Below are positions 42,255 to 54,599 of a stretch of DNA of 64,000 nt, one piece after another. The DNA lies in contig OZ024746.1 of NCBI GenBank assembly GCA_964016885.1, forward strand, positions 57,226,001 through 57,290,000, written 5' to 3'. Under the pieces are notes generated by a model. That model saw nothing but the letters and a program-made list of their open reading frames with translations, did no database searches and was not told where the DNA came from. The position numbers and the translations under genes are program-made. This DNA is from Eledone cirrhosa. Its lineage: Eukaryota. Positions within the stretch are counted from its first letter, which is position 1. Each line of letters starts with the position of its first letter.

Positions 42255-42392
42255 AGTTACGTCTATTTACGGTCTGAGTTCAAAGCTCGCCGAAGTTAAT
42301 TTTGCCTTTCATCCTTACGGGGTCGATACAATAAAGTACCAGTAATGCACTGGGTACTTGCTGGCCTTGTGCCAAAAGTAGATACAATTATA
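42255..42392 (+). mobile_element. SINE (same family as 5366)
   Basis: gagttcaaa...tttgcctttcatccttacggggtcgata.aataaagtaccagt...ctggccttgtgcc. Confidence 0.8.
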
Positions 42393-45300
42393 TAACATCT
42401 CCACTAGGTTTCTGTAAATCCGAAATCAACAAAATCTATTTGCAGGGGCCTGCAAGTTAATTGGAAGATATAAGAGTGGAATTTACTTGGTCAACAAGTT
42501 CTCTTTCTGCCGCCGCCGGCTGCAAGGACTAGTAGTAAACACTGTTAGTAGTCAAGTGGTTTCTCCGAAGGTGGTCAAATTTAAAATTTGAACAAAAGAT
42601 TTAAATCCTTTACACAAACCGAATAAAAGCTCTCAACTAGATGTTATTAAACAAATATAAACAAGGATATATAGATATATAGATATATAGATATATAGAC
42701 ATAGATATATAGATATATGAGGCAAATTCTGATATTTGGAAGTTCAGCCTTCTCTTGCAATCTGTACCTGCTTGCAGTAAATTATTTGTGTCAAACGAAA
42801 TGCAATCTAATGTCACACACATGTGGTGACGCATGGCTTATTTGTTTGGTTGTTCGTCCCCCGACCGTAAGCTTGTGGTGTCGATTATCGATGACATGTT
42901 GTGACTTTAGGAAAAGTACATTATTCAACGTTTCTCCACTCCACTATGCTGGCAAATAGGAATCGTAACTGTGATTCATACTCTCTTCTGCTTTATCATA
43001 CACTATCGATCTTTCCACTTAATATATTTAATCTATATCTCTCTGGGGTATGTTCAGACAGACACACATTAAATGCACGATCAGACAGATCTGTTGTTCT
43101 AAATATGGAACACTGATAGTCGGGACCGATGGAGTTCTAGCAATTACATCTAGATTTCTCTGTCATGTAACATGTATTAATGTCTTTGATACTAACCACA
43201 TGAAACTGCCACTCATTCCCTACAGAGAGTCAGCGATACTATCATGTTTACTTGCAGTCAATCGCAGGTTCAAACCTCAAAAAAACGTATTACGTATCTT
43301 TAAAAGATCCCAATTTCATACACACGTGTACAATTAAATTAAATGGATTGTCGATTTGGAAAAAATCCCAAACTGAGAAGTTAGTATGGCGTTATGAAAT
43401 GTAATATGATTTAGATTTGGTGAATTTAGATTGTGCATGATCAAGGAAGGTAGAGTAAAAAACTAAGCTTTTCGGTTTGCTGTAATGAAAGTAATATTGA
43501 GAAAATTTGGTGCTTAATTGAAAATAAAATTTACGTATTATATACTTTGCATATGACTCTAAATGCTCAAAACCACTGATCATAATTCGATGTAAGCATC
43601 GTTGTTTCCCCCCAAACACCAGCTTAATAACGAGAAAGTGAGTTATATTACTGCCCCCTTCAATTACTTTGAATCAAAATGATTTATAAATCATAAGCAT
43701 TGTATAGAATTATAAATATGGTAATAACATATTTAAACCGTATATGTTCACTCATTTCATATTTGGAGGCTAAACAATTACTGCAACAACTAGTTCCCTC
43801 TTCTACTCTCGAATATGTCACATTTTTCTTTAACAACCTACTTGTAGTATCTACGAAATATTCAGTTATAGATTAAACTAGTGTAACTTCAACTACACTT
43901 TTCCTAACAAGTCATGTCTAAATTTATAAACAAGTTGAATTAGTAATAACGTTATGATAGAAATGTAAGCAGTAGAGGGAGTAGTAGCAACAGTAGTTAT
44001 AGTATATTTCAACCAGCTGATAATATTGGCTCTTGCAAAATTGGTAAAGCTGCGAAGCAAAGATGTAACCAGCAATGTTATACCGTTCTGATTTCTATGA
44101 TAACTGAAATAAATGTTTATTTGTGTGGAAATATTTTGACTATTGTAAGAATGACATAAAAAATGAATAAATGAAAGAAAAAAAATCTTGCTATCAGTGT
44201 TACTTCATGCGTTCAGCCACAGATATGATTCTCTAAACATAAACATAGGGTGGCAAATCTCGTGATAACGTGTTATATGAAGTTATATCATTTAAGTATA
44301 TTTTTTGGCGAAACAAAAATATATATGGGAATAAAGGGAAAGTAAGATAGAAAAAATGAATACCTATGAGAATCACCAATTTGAAACGCAGTAATACAAG
44401 TTAAAAGTTTATTATGTTAGATTGGTACAAGAAATCATATCAAGAGGAATAACGTGTATTAATGCATCGTTATTTAGTCCGTATTTATATTTCATTTTTC
44501 ATTTGTACATGATCAACTATACACCTCACAGGAACATCTTAAATATATCTTACTGAGCTACAAACATAGCAAAAACTATGTATCCAACCGCACACGCAAA
44601 CCAACACACACGCAAACCCACACACAATCACCCGCCATATATATATATATATATATATACATTCATACATATAAATATATTCATGTATATAAATATATAC
44701 ATGTATATGAGAGTGAGCGTATCAGTTTATCTATTTACGCTATTATAACTCGCAAAAATCTTGTAGCCTTTAGTTCTAGTCGTTTCCGTCAATTTTCTTC
44801 ATCAGTCACCCTTCTCTCTTTGCCAACTCCAGATTCTTCTTCTATTGGGCTCCTACCTCCTTCTATCGTTTCCTCGCTCTCTCCTAACATACACTCTTCC
44901 GTCATACCCAATCTCAAACAGCCAGCTCCATTTCATACTCAAAGGCTTCGCCCGTTTGCTTCCAATCCACCTTGTCTCTCTTCCTCTTCACATTTACTCG
45001 CTAGTAAAGTCACGTCACATTTCTGAGCCGATGACTCCTCCACCGAATACCCCGGGATTTCCTGCTCTATGTCCACACTATCTCTAACTCCACCGCTACA
45101 ATTGTGCACATCCTTATTTCCTCTCCTACCATCTCTTGTACAACCCCTTCAAACTCCCAAATATCTTTCATCGACCGTAATCTCCAAACAGCCTACGTTC
45201 TTTTTTCTCCAATTGACACAGCCTCCACGCCTAATCCATTACACACTTCACTATGCACATCACACGTCACTGCTTAATTTCCTTACTTCCGGCAAGAAAC

Positions 45301-45569
45301 ACAGACCTGACTCACTGCGCTCTCCGTCTGCTGTACCCACACACATCCGCCTCAATTACAGTTTTGATCCTACTTTATTTCCAAATCTACCATCGCCCCC
45401 AGCCCCACATTTGTCTCCAATACTGACCTCGTACACCCCACACCTAACTATCACAGTCCCACTGCACCCACCAATACTTTCACTCCCTCATGCACACCCT
45501 ACACTGCTTTTACCCCAGCCGAATGACTACCACATTCTAAGCAGCAATTCGACAAAATGGTTAATTAAG

Positions 45570-46515
45570 CACACATCTCCGTCGCCTTCGACCCCTCCCA
45601 CCACTCCCTCGTCACCTCCGCCTTCTTCAAACCCACGGACTCCCACTGTTACCTCGACTTCACCTCTTCCCACCCCACCCACACTAAACTCTCCATTCCC
45701 TACTCCCAACTTCTCAGGATCCGCCGGCTCTGTAGCCGAGATGCTGACTTCGAGTCCCAGGCCCTTTCCCTAGTCAGCCATTTCATCCGCAGAGGTTACC
45801 CCCCCCCCCCTCTCTCGTCTACACCGCTCTCACCCGCGCCCGTGCTATCCCCCGCTCCACCACCCTCACTCCACGCCACTGCACATCCACCCACCGTCTC
45901 CCCTTCCCCATCACCTACCACCACTCCACACTACCCCTCCAACGCACCATCCGCCGCCTCTTCCGACGCCTCCAGTCCGACCCCTCCACCTCCCACATCT
46001 TCCCAACCCCACCACTCCCCTCCTTCAAACGCGCACGTAATCTCCGCACCCTCCTCGTCCACAGCTCCCTACCCCCCAACCCATGCTCCGTTCCCCCCCG
46101 GTTCCTTCCGCTGTTCTAGGCCCCGCTGCAACACCTGTCCCCACATCACCAACACCACCACCTCCCAGGGTCCCAACGGCTACTCTCTCTCGGTCTGGCA
46201 TGCCTTCCGCTGCACCGCCTCCAACCTAGTCTACGGACTTCGTTGCACGGAGTGCAGCGCGACTTATGTCGGACAGACGGGACGTCGCCTGGCGGACCGA
46301 GTCACGGAGCACCTCCGGGATATTCGTCTCGGGGGCAGTTCCCCCATCGCCCGCCACTTTGGTGGCCGTGGACACTCCGCACGCCATCTCACAGTCTGTG
46401 GGCTACTCCAGTGCCACGGAACACCCGCCCATCGCCTTACGGTCAAACAACGCACTATCTTCATCTTACAGACCCACACTCCGCCCGGCCTGAACTCCCC
46501 ACCCTTATTCCTTTA
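45570..46515 (+). pseudogene. PLE RT C-terminal thumb and GIY-YIG endonuclease (frameshifted)
   Basis: FFKPTDSHCYLDFTSSHPTHTKLSIPYSQLLRIRRLCS...FIRRGYP, then RCSRPRCNTCPHI...CTASNLVYGLRCTECSATYVGQTGRRLADRVTEH...PPGLN. Confidence 0.92.
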
Positions 46516-47844
46516 GCGTTCGACCGCCCCCCTCCCCCCACACTTATCCCCCACTAACACCACTAACACACCCCTCCTTTTCACCGCCCACCCCACACTA
46601 ACAATACTAACACCTCCACTCCACCCTTCATCTGACCACCCTTCCCCAACTAACATACTAACATCCCTTCCCTCCCCTCTTCTCCTCCTCCCCCTCCTTA
46701 TCACACGCACCCACTTACACCACCCACCCCACACGCAACTAACATCACTAACACCCTCCAACCCCACGCACACGTACCCACACACCCTCGTACACCACCA
46801 ACTCTACACACCCTACCCCCACTAACCCCCACTCACACCTGCATTCCACCCCTCCCACCTCCCGTATACTAACACCCACTAACACCTCTTCACCAAACTA
46901 CACACACACCAGTACACCATACTCCCTCCATAGAACCACACACACCCTCTCTCCCCGCTCCACACTCACTCATCCCACTAACACCCCTACTAATACACAC
47001 ACACACACACACACCCTCCTCACTCCCACTCTCACACCTACCCATCCTCGCCTCCCTACCATTCCGCCGACTGCTGCTATGCCCTTCCGACCACCTCTCA
47101 GCACCAACTGACCACAGCACTCCCACTGCTGACCGCTTCCTGTTGCGCGCGCACCAAACATCTCTACTCTTCCAACCACCGCTTCTTGGATTACCCACAC
47201 GCGAAATTGACTTCTAACCAAAATCTCCAAACATCCGTGGAACTTACCAACTTTTCAACCATCCTCTTACACCATCACCTATATAACACACACACATACC
47301 CCAACAACATTTTTGTTTATCCACACGCCACCCACACACACAACACGCTTAAACCACACACACGTGCTTCCCACCACATATTTACACCCTCAGCCTCCTG
47401 ATTCCTCTTCCCCCACCCCCCTATCCACACACGCACAGACACTCCGACCCACAAAAACACCCCCCAAACACACCTTCCTGAACATGCAACCCCGTTCTTC
47501 CCCCAACCCTCACTTTCACATAGACACACACACACGCACACCTAACCACACACACCACCTTCAGCCCTCCCCGCTCGGACACCCCGTCTCCCTCTCCCCA
47601 CTCCACCCGCCACCACCCCTACTCACCCCACACCCTTCCACCACCCTTTTAATTTCAGTTTATTTTGATCATGCCTTTATTTTTAAATTTTCTCATTCCA
47701 TTCCTTGTATTTTGATCATGCTTTTTTTTTATTTATTATATTTTTTGTCTTTATTTGTTAATTTTTCATTCGCACCGTTTCCTTTCGCTATATGTCTCTC
47801 CACCACTCCCCTACGCACCTTTTGAACTCTGTTGCCACACACTT

Positions 47845-47882
47845 CTCACCCGAAGAAGGGCTTATGCCCGAAACGTCGTCCC
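47845..47882 (+). ncRNA. Minimal PLE-type hammerhead motif
   Basis: CCGAAGA A GGGC-TTAT-GCCC GAAA CGTC: perfect stem II, minimal stem III, U4C change, weak stem I. Confidence 0.65.
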
Positions 47883-47964
47883 CCACCTGCCCCCCACTCT
47901 CCTGAGCGTGAATTTAATAAACATTTATCGTACTGCCTCTCTTTTCTGTCCCTGTTCAATTTTC

Positions 47965-48003
<39 letters not shown>

Positions 48004-48099
48004 TTGGGGAGAGTCATATTTGTGTAATATTGCCAGAATTAATAACAGAACACACTCACTGTCAATAGTTATACGCCCCATAATCAAGATGTCCCCAGA

Positions 48100-49810
48100 T
48101 GTATCTGACAGTACAGAGGACCGCCTCAGCAGAATCAGTGAGTGCCATAAAAACAGGGACCTATCCAACTGCATAATAGGCAGCATGGATGTAGGAATCA
48201 CTGTACCCATCCATTAACACTGATTTGCTGTGGAAAAATATGTGCAGATGATCATTGCGAGTGAGGTGGAGTTCTGCGACGTCGACACAGACGAAGTGGG
48301 CCTCCTACTTAGACTTACCTACGACACTGACTACCTAGACAGCCATGACCTTAGACGTTTCTGCCCCAGTAGACCCACAAGAGGTATACACTCACCATAA
48401 CCTCAATGGCTAAAATGACTCCCATGGGAAGGTGGATTGGGTGGACCAAACTATACGGACCTCCCAAAGCAATGATCAGGTAATAAAAATGGTCGCACGT
48501 GCAATAGGGGATAGTATGAAAAGTTCCCTAAAGGGCCACATATTCAAATTCAACAAGAAGATCTAAACCCAAAATGAGGGAGAGGCCATTGGCGTCAGCA
48601 TAGCTGGTAACGTTGCCAACGTTTTTATGGTATGGTGGGAAAGGAGACTTAAACATCTCCTTGATGAACGCTCCATAGACCTCATCATGTACTCTCGTTA
48701 CGTAGACGATATCAATATATTTATAAGAACATCCCCAAAAGAGAGCACTAACCAGTTTGTTAGAACGTAGCACAATGGAAAGCATCCAGCAGATAGATAA
48801 TTCGATACACCAGAGTATAACTGTAACTATCGACTACGCTTCCAAACACCCTAACAATAGACTATCTGTATTAGACACGAACTCTGAATTAACACTATAG
48901 ACGAGAGAACCCAAATTCTCCACTCACATTATGCTAAACCCATGGCCTCTAAACAGCTGATACTCAAAAACTCAGCAATGTCCAGTAGTGCTAAGTTTAA
49001 TAATCTGATCGCAGACTTGGTACGAGTGATGTAGATTGTGTCCCGCATGTGCGACCCAACAGAAATGGAAAGACACATCCAACACTTCATCAACCGCATG
49101 CAGTTCTCTGGCTACAATCAAAGAGACAGAATCAGAGTATAAGAAGGAGCCACGGAGAAGTATAAGACCCTCATAGAACTGGACATGAAAGGAATTTGCC
49201 CATTATACAGGAGCAAATCATGGAATAGCTTAGATAGGGCTAGACATAAGATAGGGAAAGACACCTCATGGTACGACAACCAGAGATACCAGAGTGTCAT
49301 GTTTGTGGACGCTACCCCTGGAGGGAAATTAGCTAACCAGTGTAGAAAAGCCCTGAGAAAGACCCACTTAAAGATTAAGGTGGTAGAAAAGCCAGGAATC
49401 ACGATGAAATCCCTGATCAGCAAAACCTACCATTTTAAGAAAACCCACTGTACTAATAGGAAATATATCATATGTAAGGTAAACCCCCGGATAAACTGTA
49501 AAACTAGAAACGTAGTCTATAGCATAAGATGTACAGAGGGTACTTGCAGAAACATGACAATAACATACATAGGCGAGACAGCTCGTAGAATAGGTGAAAG
49601 GATAGACCAACACTGGGGGGGGAACTAAAAGGGCGAAAAAACGGTTCAGTACTATACGAACATGCCAGGCAACAACACAACGGTAACATATACTACATAG
49701 AAATTAGAATATCTAAACATAGAAATGACCCAGCAGATAGGCAAATCAGAGAGACCAGTAAAATAGAACTTAAAAGGCCAAGGCTAAACAGAAAAATTGA
49801 ATGGAATAAC
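48100..49810 (+). pseudogene. PLE reverse transcriptase + GIY-YIG endonuclease, multiple stops and frameshifts
   Basis: IGVSIAGNVANVFMVWW, MYSRYVDDI (~48688-48713), HYAKPMAS, MQFSGY, SVMFVDATPGG, CKTRNVVYSIRC...TYIGETARRIGERIDQH. Confidence 0.9.
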
Positions 49811-50109
49811 AACACCCAAACAAACAACACTGACCTAAGAGAAGTATAAATAAATAAATAAATAAATAAATAAATACATACACAAGCACAATAACAACAA
49901 ACACATATAAACACACACTAGTAAAGATAGAATACATTAACCAATACACAGTCACCCAATCACGAACACACATCAAACAAAACACTATACACACACGCAA
50001 ACGCATGCGCAAAGAAGACAAACAAAAATAAATAAATAAAATAATAAATAAATATATAAACAGACTAAATAAAGATGACGTAGAAAATACAATGCAACGG
50101 GAGGAAACA

Positions 50110-50162
50110 ATAGCACCACTGACGATGTTGCAGATGTGCAACGAAAGAACTTTGATAGACTA
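50110..50162 (+). ncRNA. Hammerhead motif in the PLE 3' terminal region (stem I decayed)
   Basis: CTGACGA T GTTGCA-GATG-TGCAAC GAAA GAACTT at 50119-50152. Confidence 0.6.
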
Positions 50163-50399
50163 TATATATGTTTGTGTCGATATAGTATCTGTATTTGTGA
50201 CCGTTGGTCACTGAATGGCAACACTGAGGACCGAATAAATTAAATTAACCGATATAAAAGACACAGAAGCGAAAAGCAAAAACCAACCAAACAGTGAGTG
50301 TGTTCTGTTATTAATTCTAGCAATATTACACAAATATGATCCTCCCCAAGAATAACAATATTTGTTTCGACACACGATTTCATATCAAAAACCTCGCAA

Positions 50400-50435
<36 letters not shown>

Positions 50436-51162
50436 CCTGGACAACATCATAGCTAAGTAAACTCAGAACTTCTAAAAGCCAAGAATGAATTAAAGGCAAG
50501 ATAAATTTAAAAGATTCTAATTATATGTTTATTTTAATGTATAATCTACGAAATTAGATATTCAATTATTTTCATAAAGTTATTATGCTTTTTTTATATT
50601 GCTCTAAGCATCTGTTTATCGATTGCTTTTCTCGGTTCCGGCTACAAAAATACTGATAAAAGTTTTAGTAGCATTTATATTTATAGATATATGTATGGTT
50701 TAAAGCTGTAGATGGCAACACAATTTCAGGTGTTATTCTGCGCTGGATAAGAGATTCGGCTCGATTTAAGTTTACATACTTTGGTATTTCTGGGAATATT
50801 AATATTTAGTACCCGGCTGGTAAAGGTTCGGCATCTATTTACGAAATATACACTGTTTCCTGCGTATACTAATTTATCTGTGTAAAATGTATGTACACAC
50901 ACACACACTCAAACACACGAACACACACACATATATATATATATTTATAAATGTTTATATATACATATGCATACACACACACATTTTAAAATCTCTATTC
51001 CTCGCTCTCTTTCTTTCTCTCACTCTTTCGCTCTCTATTTCCCTCTCCCTCTCTCTCTCTCTCTATAAATATATATATATATACATGTATATTAATATAT
51101 ATGTAGGAATATACACGTGTGTAAATGTGCGTGTGCATATATATATGTATATATATGCATAA

Positions 51163-51600
51163 ATATTTCGTATCTTCAAAGAAATACAGTTTTAGGAAGC
51201 CGTAGCTATGCAAACACCGGGGGGGGGGGGGGGCTACCGCCCTCTGGTGATGTCCAGCAGAAGCAAGGGAGACAACCGTCTATGCATTTCACGCTTAACT
51301 GGTCTTCGTCGAGACGGTCCCTCCCACCGCTTGCGACAGCTGGACGAGAAGACAGCTGAGAATATATACTTTTCTCGTCTGTGTAAATGAAGTGATTAAT
51401 CTCATTTGCATATGAAGCTGCATAAGTTGGCTCAACTTATAATTAAAAAAAAATAGGATTTCGCTTCAAGCATAGCTTTATACAATATGTATACATATTT
51501 CGTATCTCCAAAGAAATACAGTTTTAGGAATCCGTAACAATGCAAACAGCTTGGGCTAACGCTCTCTGGTGATGTCCAGCAGAAGCAAGGGGGACAACCG
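51163..51600 (+). repeat. Diverged ~332-bp tandem (about 1.3 units) with a decayed hammerhead-like core
   Basis: gtatct.caaagaaatacagttttagga...ctggtgatgtccagcagaagcaaggg.gacaaccgt starts at 51170 and again at 51502. Confidence 0.7.
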
Positions 51601-51865
51601 TTTAGAGCACTCTAAGAAATGGAAAAAAAGATTAGTATTGATGTGAAGGTGGAAAATTATGTCAAGTACGATACAGACTCAACGTAGTTCTACAATTAGT
51701 AAGTTGGACGAATGTATTCATCCGACCTGAAATAATATGGCATCAGGAATTAAAACTTTCGGATAAGAATATGCAAATTATTGTATAGGTGTAATTGCAC
51801 AGGATATTTAAATAATAAATTCATGAACTATGAAGGAAATTACTACGCACACACACACACATGCA

Positions 51866-51915
<50 letters not shown>

Positions 51916-51918
<3 letters not shown>

Positions 51919-52515
51919 TGGCTGCCAACTCGTTTTCGAGTATGGCCACTACTTTCTATCCATGTAGGAGAACCCCACCGATGCGCTGAACGAGTGTCAC
52001 TTTTTAGTCCAGCCAGCGACTTGAAAACTCTGGTACAAACACTACACCCGTGACTCATAGTGCTGGGCCCATGGTACCATGTGACGACAAGTGCAGAGAG
52101 ATCTCCAGATATAAAGCAATGCCTGTGCCGTGAAGCTTTTATAGTGAGCAAAGGCACTGCACAAAGCCAGTCCCACTCTCTTAACCAAGATGATATTTAC
52201 CAAAAAGAAGAACAAGTCAACATCATTGGATACCATCAGAGTTGCAGGTGTTATATCAGAGTTTTCCTTCTCCTAGAATTCTGCCTTGACAAAGGCGAAG
52301 GGGTCATCTCTCCCGGTGATTTTGGATGGCCATTGACTCTTAAGAGCTCCTTTGCCCTTTGACAGGTTTTGTTTTTAGTCCTGCAGGATGTCCAAAGTCA
52401 CCCTCCTCACCAAGAAACCTTGGTGGGGTTGCCAGTTTAGTCGCCAACGACCCGACCATGAGACAGGTTGTACTGGGATACATGTTACCAGTAGCACCAA
52501 CTGGTGAACTGACAT
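51916..52515 (-). mobile_element. Short RTE derivative: putative 5'UTR joined to the C2H2 zinc-finger 3' end
   Basis: Minus strand gives HGCSVCTRVFKSLAGLKSDTRSAH and a 3' stem-loop ctcg-aaaa-cgag. The segment 52320-52395 resembles 2222-2298. Confidence 0.5.
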
Positions 52516-52587
<72 letters not shown>

Positions 52588-52631
52588 GTATATACATATA
52601 TACATGGATATATATGTACATATATATATAT

Positions 52632-52687
<56 letters not shown>

Positions 52688-52989
52688 GATATTAAATAAA
52701 TGTATATATATATACACACACACATAACACAGACACATATATATATATACATATATATATATGTATATACATATATATGTATATGTATGTGTGTGTGTTT
52801 GTGTGTATGTATGTGTTTGTGTGTATGCGTGTATATATATATAACTCTATAGTACCTACGCCCAAGCATTATAAATTTAGATAATTAATTTTATCTATAA
52901 GAATGATAAAACAAAGACTAATCACGCTATCTAAATATTAAGAATATTTATCATGTTAAAGATATAAAGACGATGGACACAAATGACTA

Positions 52990-53400
52990 GGCGATAAAGA
53001 AAGATTTATGACACAATGGTGATTGCTTTTCTTCCACCATACCTTCCATCTCCGGCTTGATTTCTTTTCCTCGTTCTATTCCATTATTGTTGAGTAATAT
53101 TCTTAAAGATCAAGTTTTATATAGAATGTCGTAAAATATATCGAACTAGAATGGGAGAAGTGCATCTCTGTCTAGCTAAGAGGATGAATTAAAGTTTCCT
53201 GTGATATTTCACTTGTAAAGGAAATCGTCTCTGTTATAATTTTCTGTCAAAGTTTTCAATTTTCCCATCAACTTCTCTTATCTTTTTGCCAGTTCTTACG
53301 CTGCGAGTATGTCAAGATATATTCCATTTCAATATTACCATTTAACACGAAAGTTTTCGGACAACATGGCATTTGCCGTTCTAATCAGAGGAATATTTTA
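52990..53400 (-). mobile_element. Highly decayed RTE-like 3' fragment
   Basis: Minus strand MEGMVEEKQ resembles the RTE EG.VEGKR motif. Otherwise degenerate. Confidence 0.35.
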
Positions 53401-53564
53401 AAATAAAATATAAAATGATCCTATGATATACGTTTAACTATTGCTGTTCTTCTATCTACTGTACTTCATTTACTCTCTTCATTTACTCACTGTAAATCAC
53501 GCTTTGTAATATTTTTATTCATTCATTCATCACTTAGAGCCAATTAAAGAAACTAATGTTATTT

Positions 53565-53963
53565 GGGTTGGCAGTATCAGATAATATTCTTTACGGCATC
53601 GTGTTACAGCATATTACGTTCTTAGTTCAAATCCAGCCGAGGTTAGATTTGCTTTTCATCCTTACGGGGTCGATAAGATAAAGCACCAGCTTACCTCTGA
53701 GTTCGATTTAATCGACGTACCCCTCCCTCACAATTGCTGACCTTGTGCCTAATGTGGAGACAATTATTATTATTATGGCCAACCTAGTACCGGTAGAGAG
53801 TCGGAGGCAATGCTTTTCAGCATAGAGCTACGGCTCTTTACGGTCTCAATTCAAATCCCGCCTATGTTAACTTTGCCTTTCATCCTTACGGGGTTGATAA
53901 AATAAAGCACCAGTAATGCACTGGGATAATTGCTGGTCTTGTGCCAAAAGTAGAAACAATTAT
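53565..53963 (+). mobile_element. Two tandem SINE copies (~53565-53765 and ~53780-53963)
   Basis: Both contain ttcaaatcc...tttgc.tttcatccttacggggt.gataa.ataaagcaccag and end in acaattatta. Confidence 0.85.
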
Positions 53964-54240
53964 TAAAGACAACCTAAATGATGCCATGCTTAGTATTGGG
54001 TCCAGTATTAACAACGATATTTTATCCTTTTTATGCCTAGACTAAATTTTTATTTAAGTTTTAAGCTTGATAACATTTTATTTAAGCCTATCTGCCTCCT
54101 GTATGTACATTATTTGTGTCGAAAGACAACCTCAGATGGAAGGCGGTGCTGTCTGCGAGCGAACGTTTTATTTTTCAAATACGTTTACACTTTTATCGCA
54201 ATCATGGAGGATATGAGATCACGACCGAAGAAAGAGTATT

Positions 54241-54303
<63 letters not shown>

Positions 54304-54599
54304 CGAGAGAGAGAGAGAGAGAGGGAGAGAGAGAGAAGGAGTGTGGATGTTAGTCAGTCAACAAACATATGTCGGAGAAGTTAAAAAGAAAATAAACCGT
54401 ATTTATACGGTGGAAATTCAAAGAAAGAAACGTGTTAATTATGATAACAATAATAAAAATAAGAGTAACAACAGCAACAAAAAAGAGAGTATATTTGCAG
54501 CCACAGCTGCAAAGGCTCAAACATTTTACACAATAGATATTTCCGACAAGAAAGAACGTTTGGACCAGTCAACAAAAATCATAACAAGAGAAAAAACAT

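Larger units (their letters stand above)
44760..47967 (+). mobile_element. Penelope-like element, Neptune-like, 5'-truncated or rearranged: RT thumb + GIY-YIG, C-rich 3'UTR, hammerhead, AATAAA, (TA)n
   Basis: Coding remnants at 45570-46515, hammerhead at 47850-47877, AATAAA ~47916. The 5' boundary is uncertain. Confidence 0.8.
48003..50402 (+). mobile_element. Penelope-like element with RT and GIY-YIG and an inverted partial terminal repeat (48003-48062 vs 50291-50350), flanked by (TA)n
   Basis: A 60-bp inverted copy of the 3' region sits at the 5' end. Coding remnants and a hammerhead motif are listed below. Confidence 0.9.

Noticed and set aside
45069-47825. Long Pro/His/Thr-rich ORFs (extensin-like)
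   Set aside because: They are by-products of the C-rich PLE sequence. The real coding signal is the frameshifted RT thumb and GIY-YIG.
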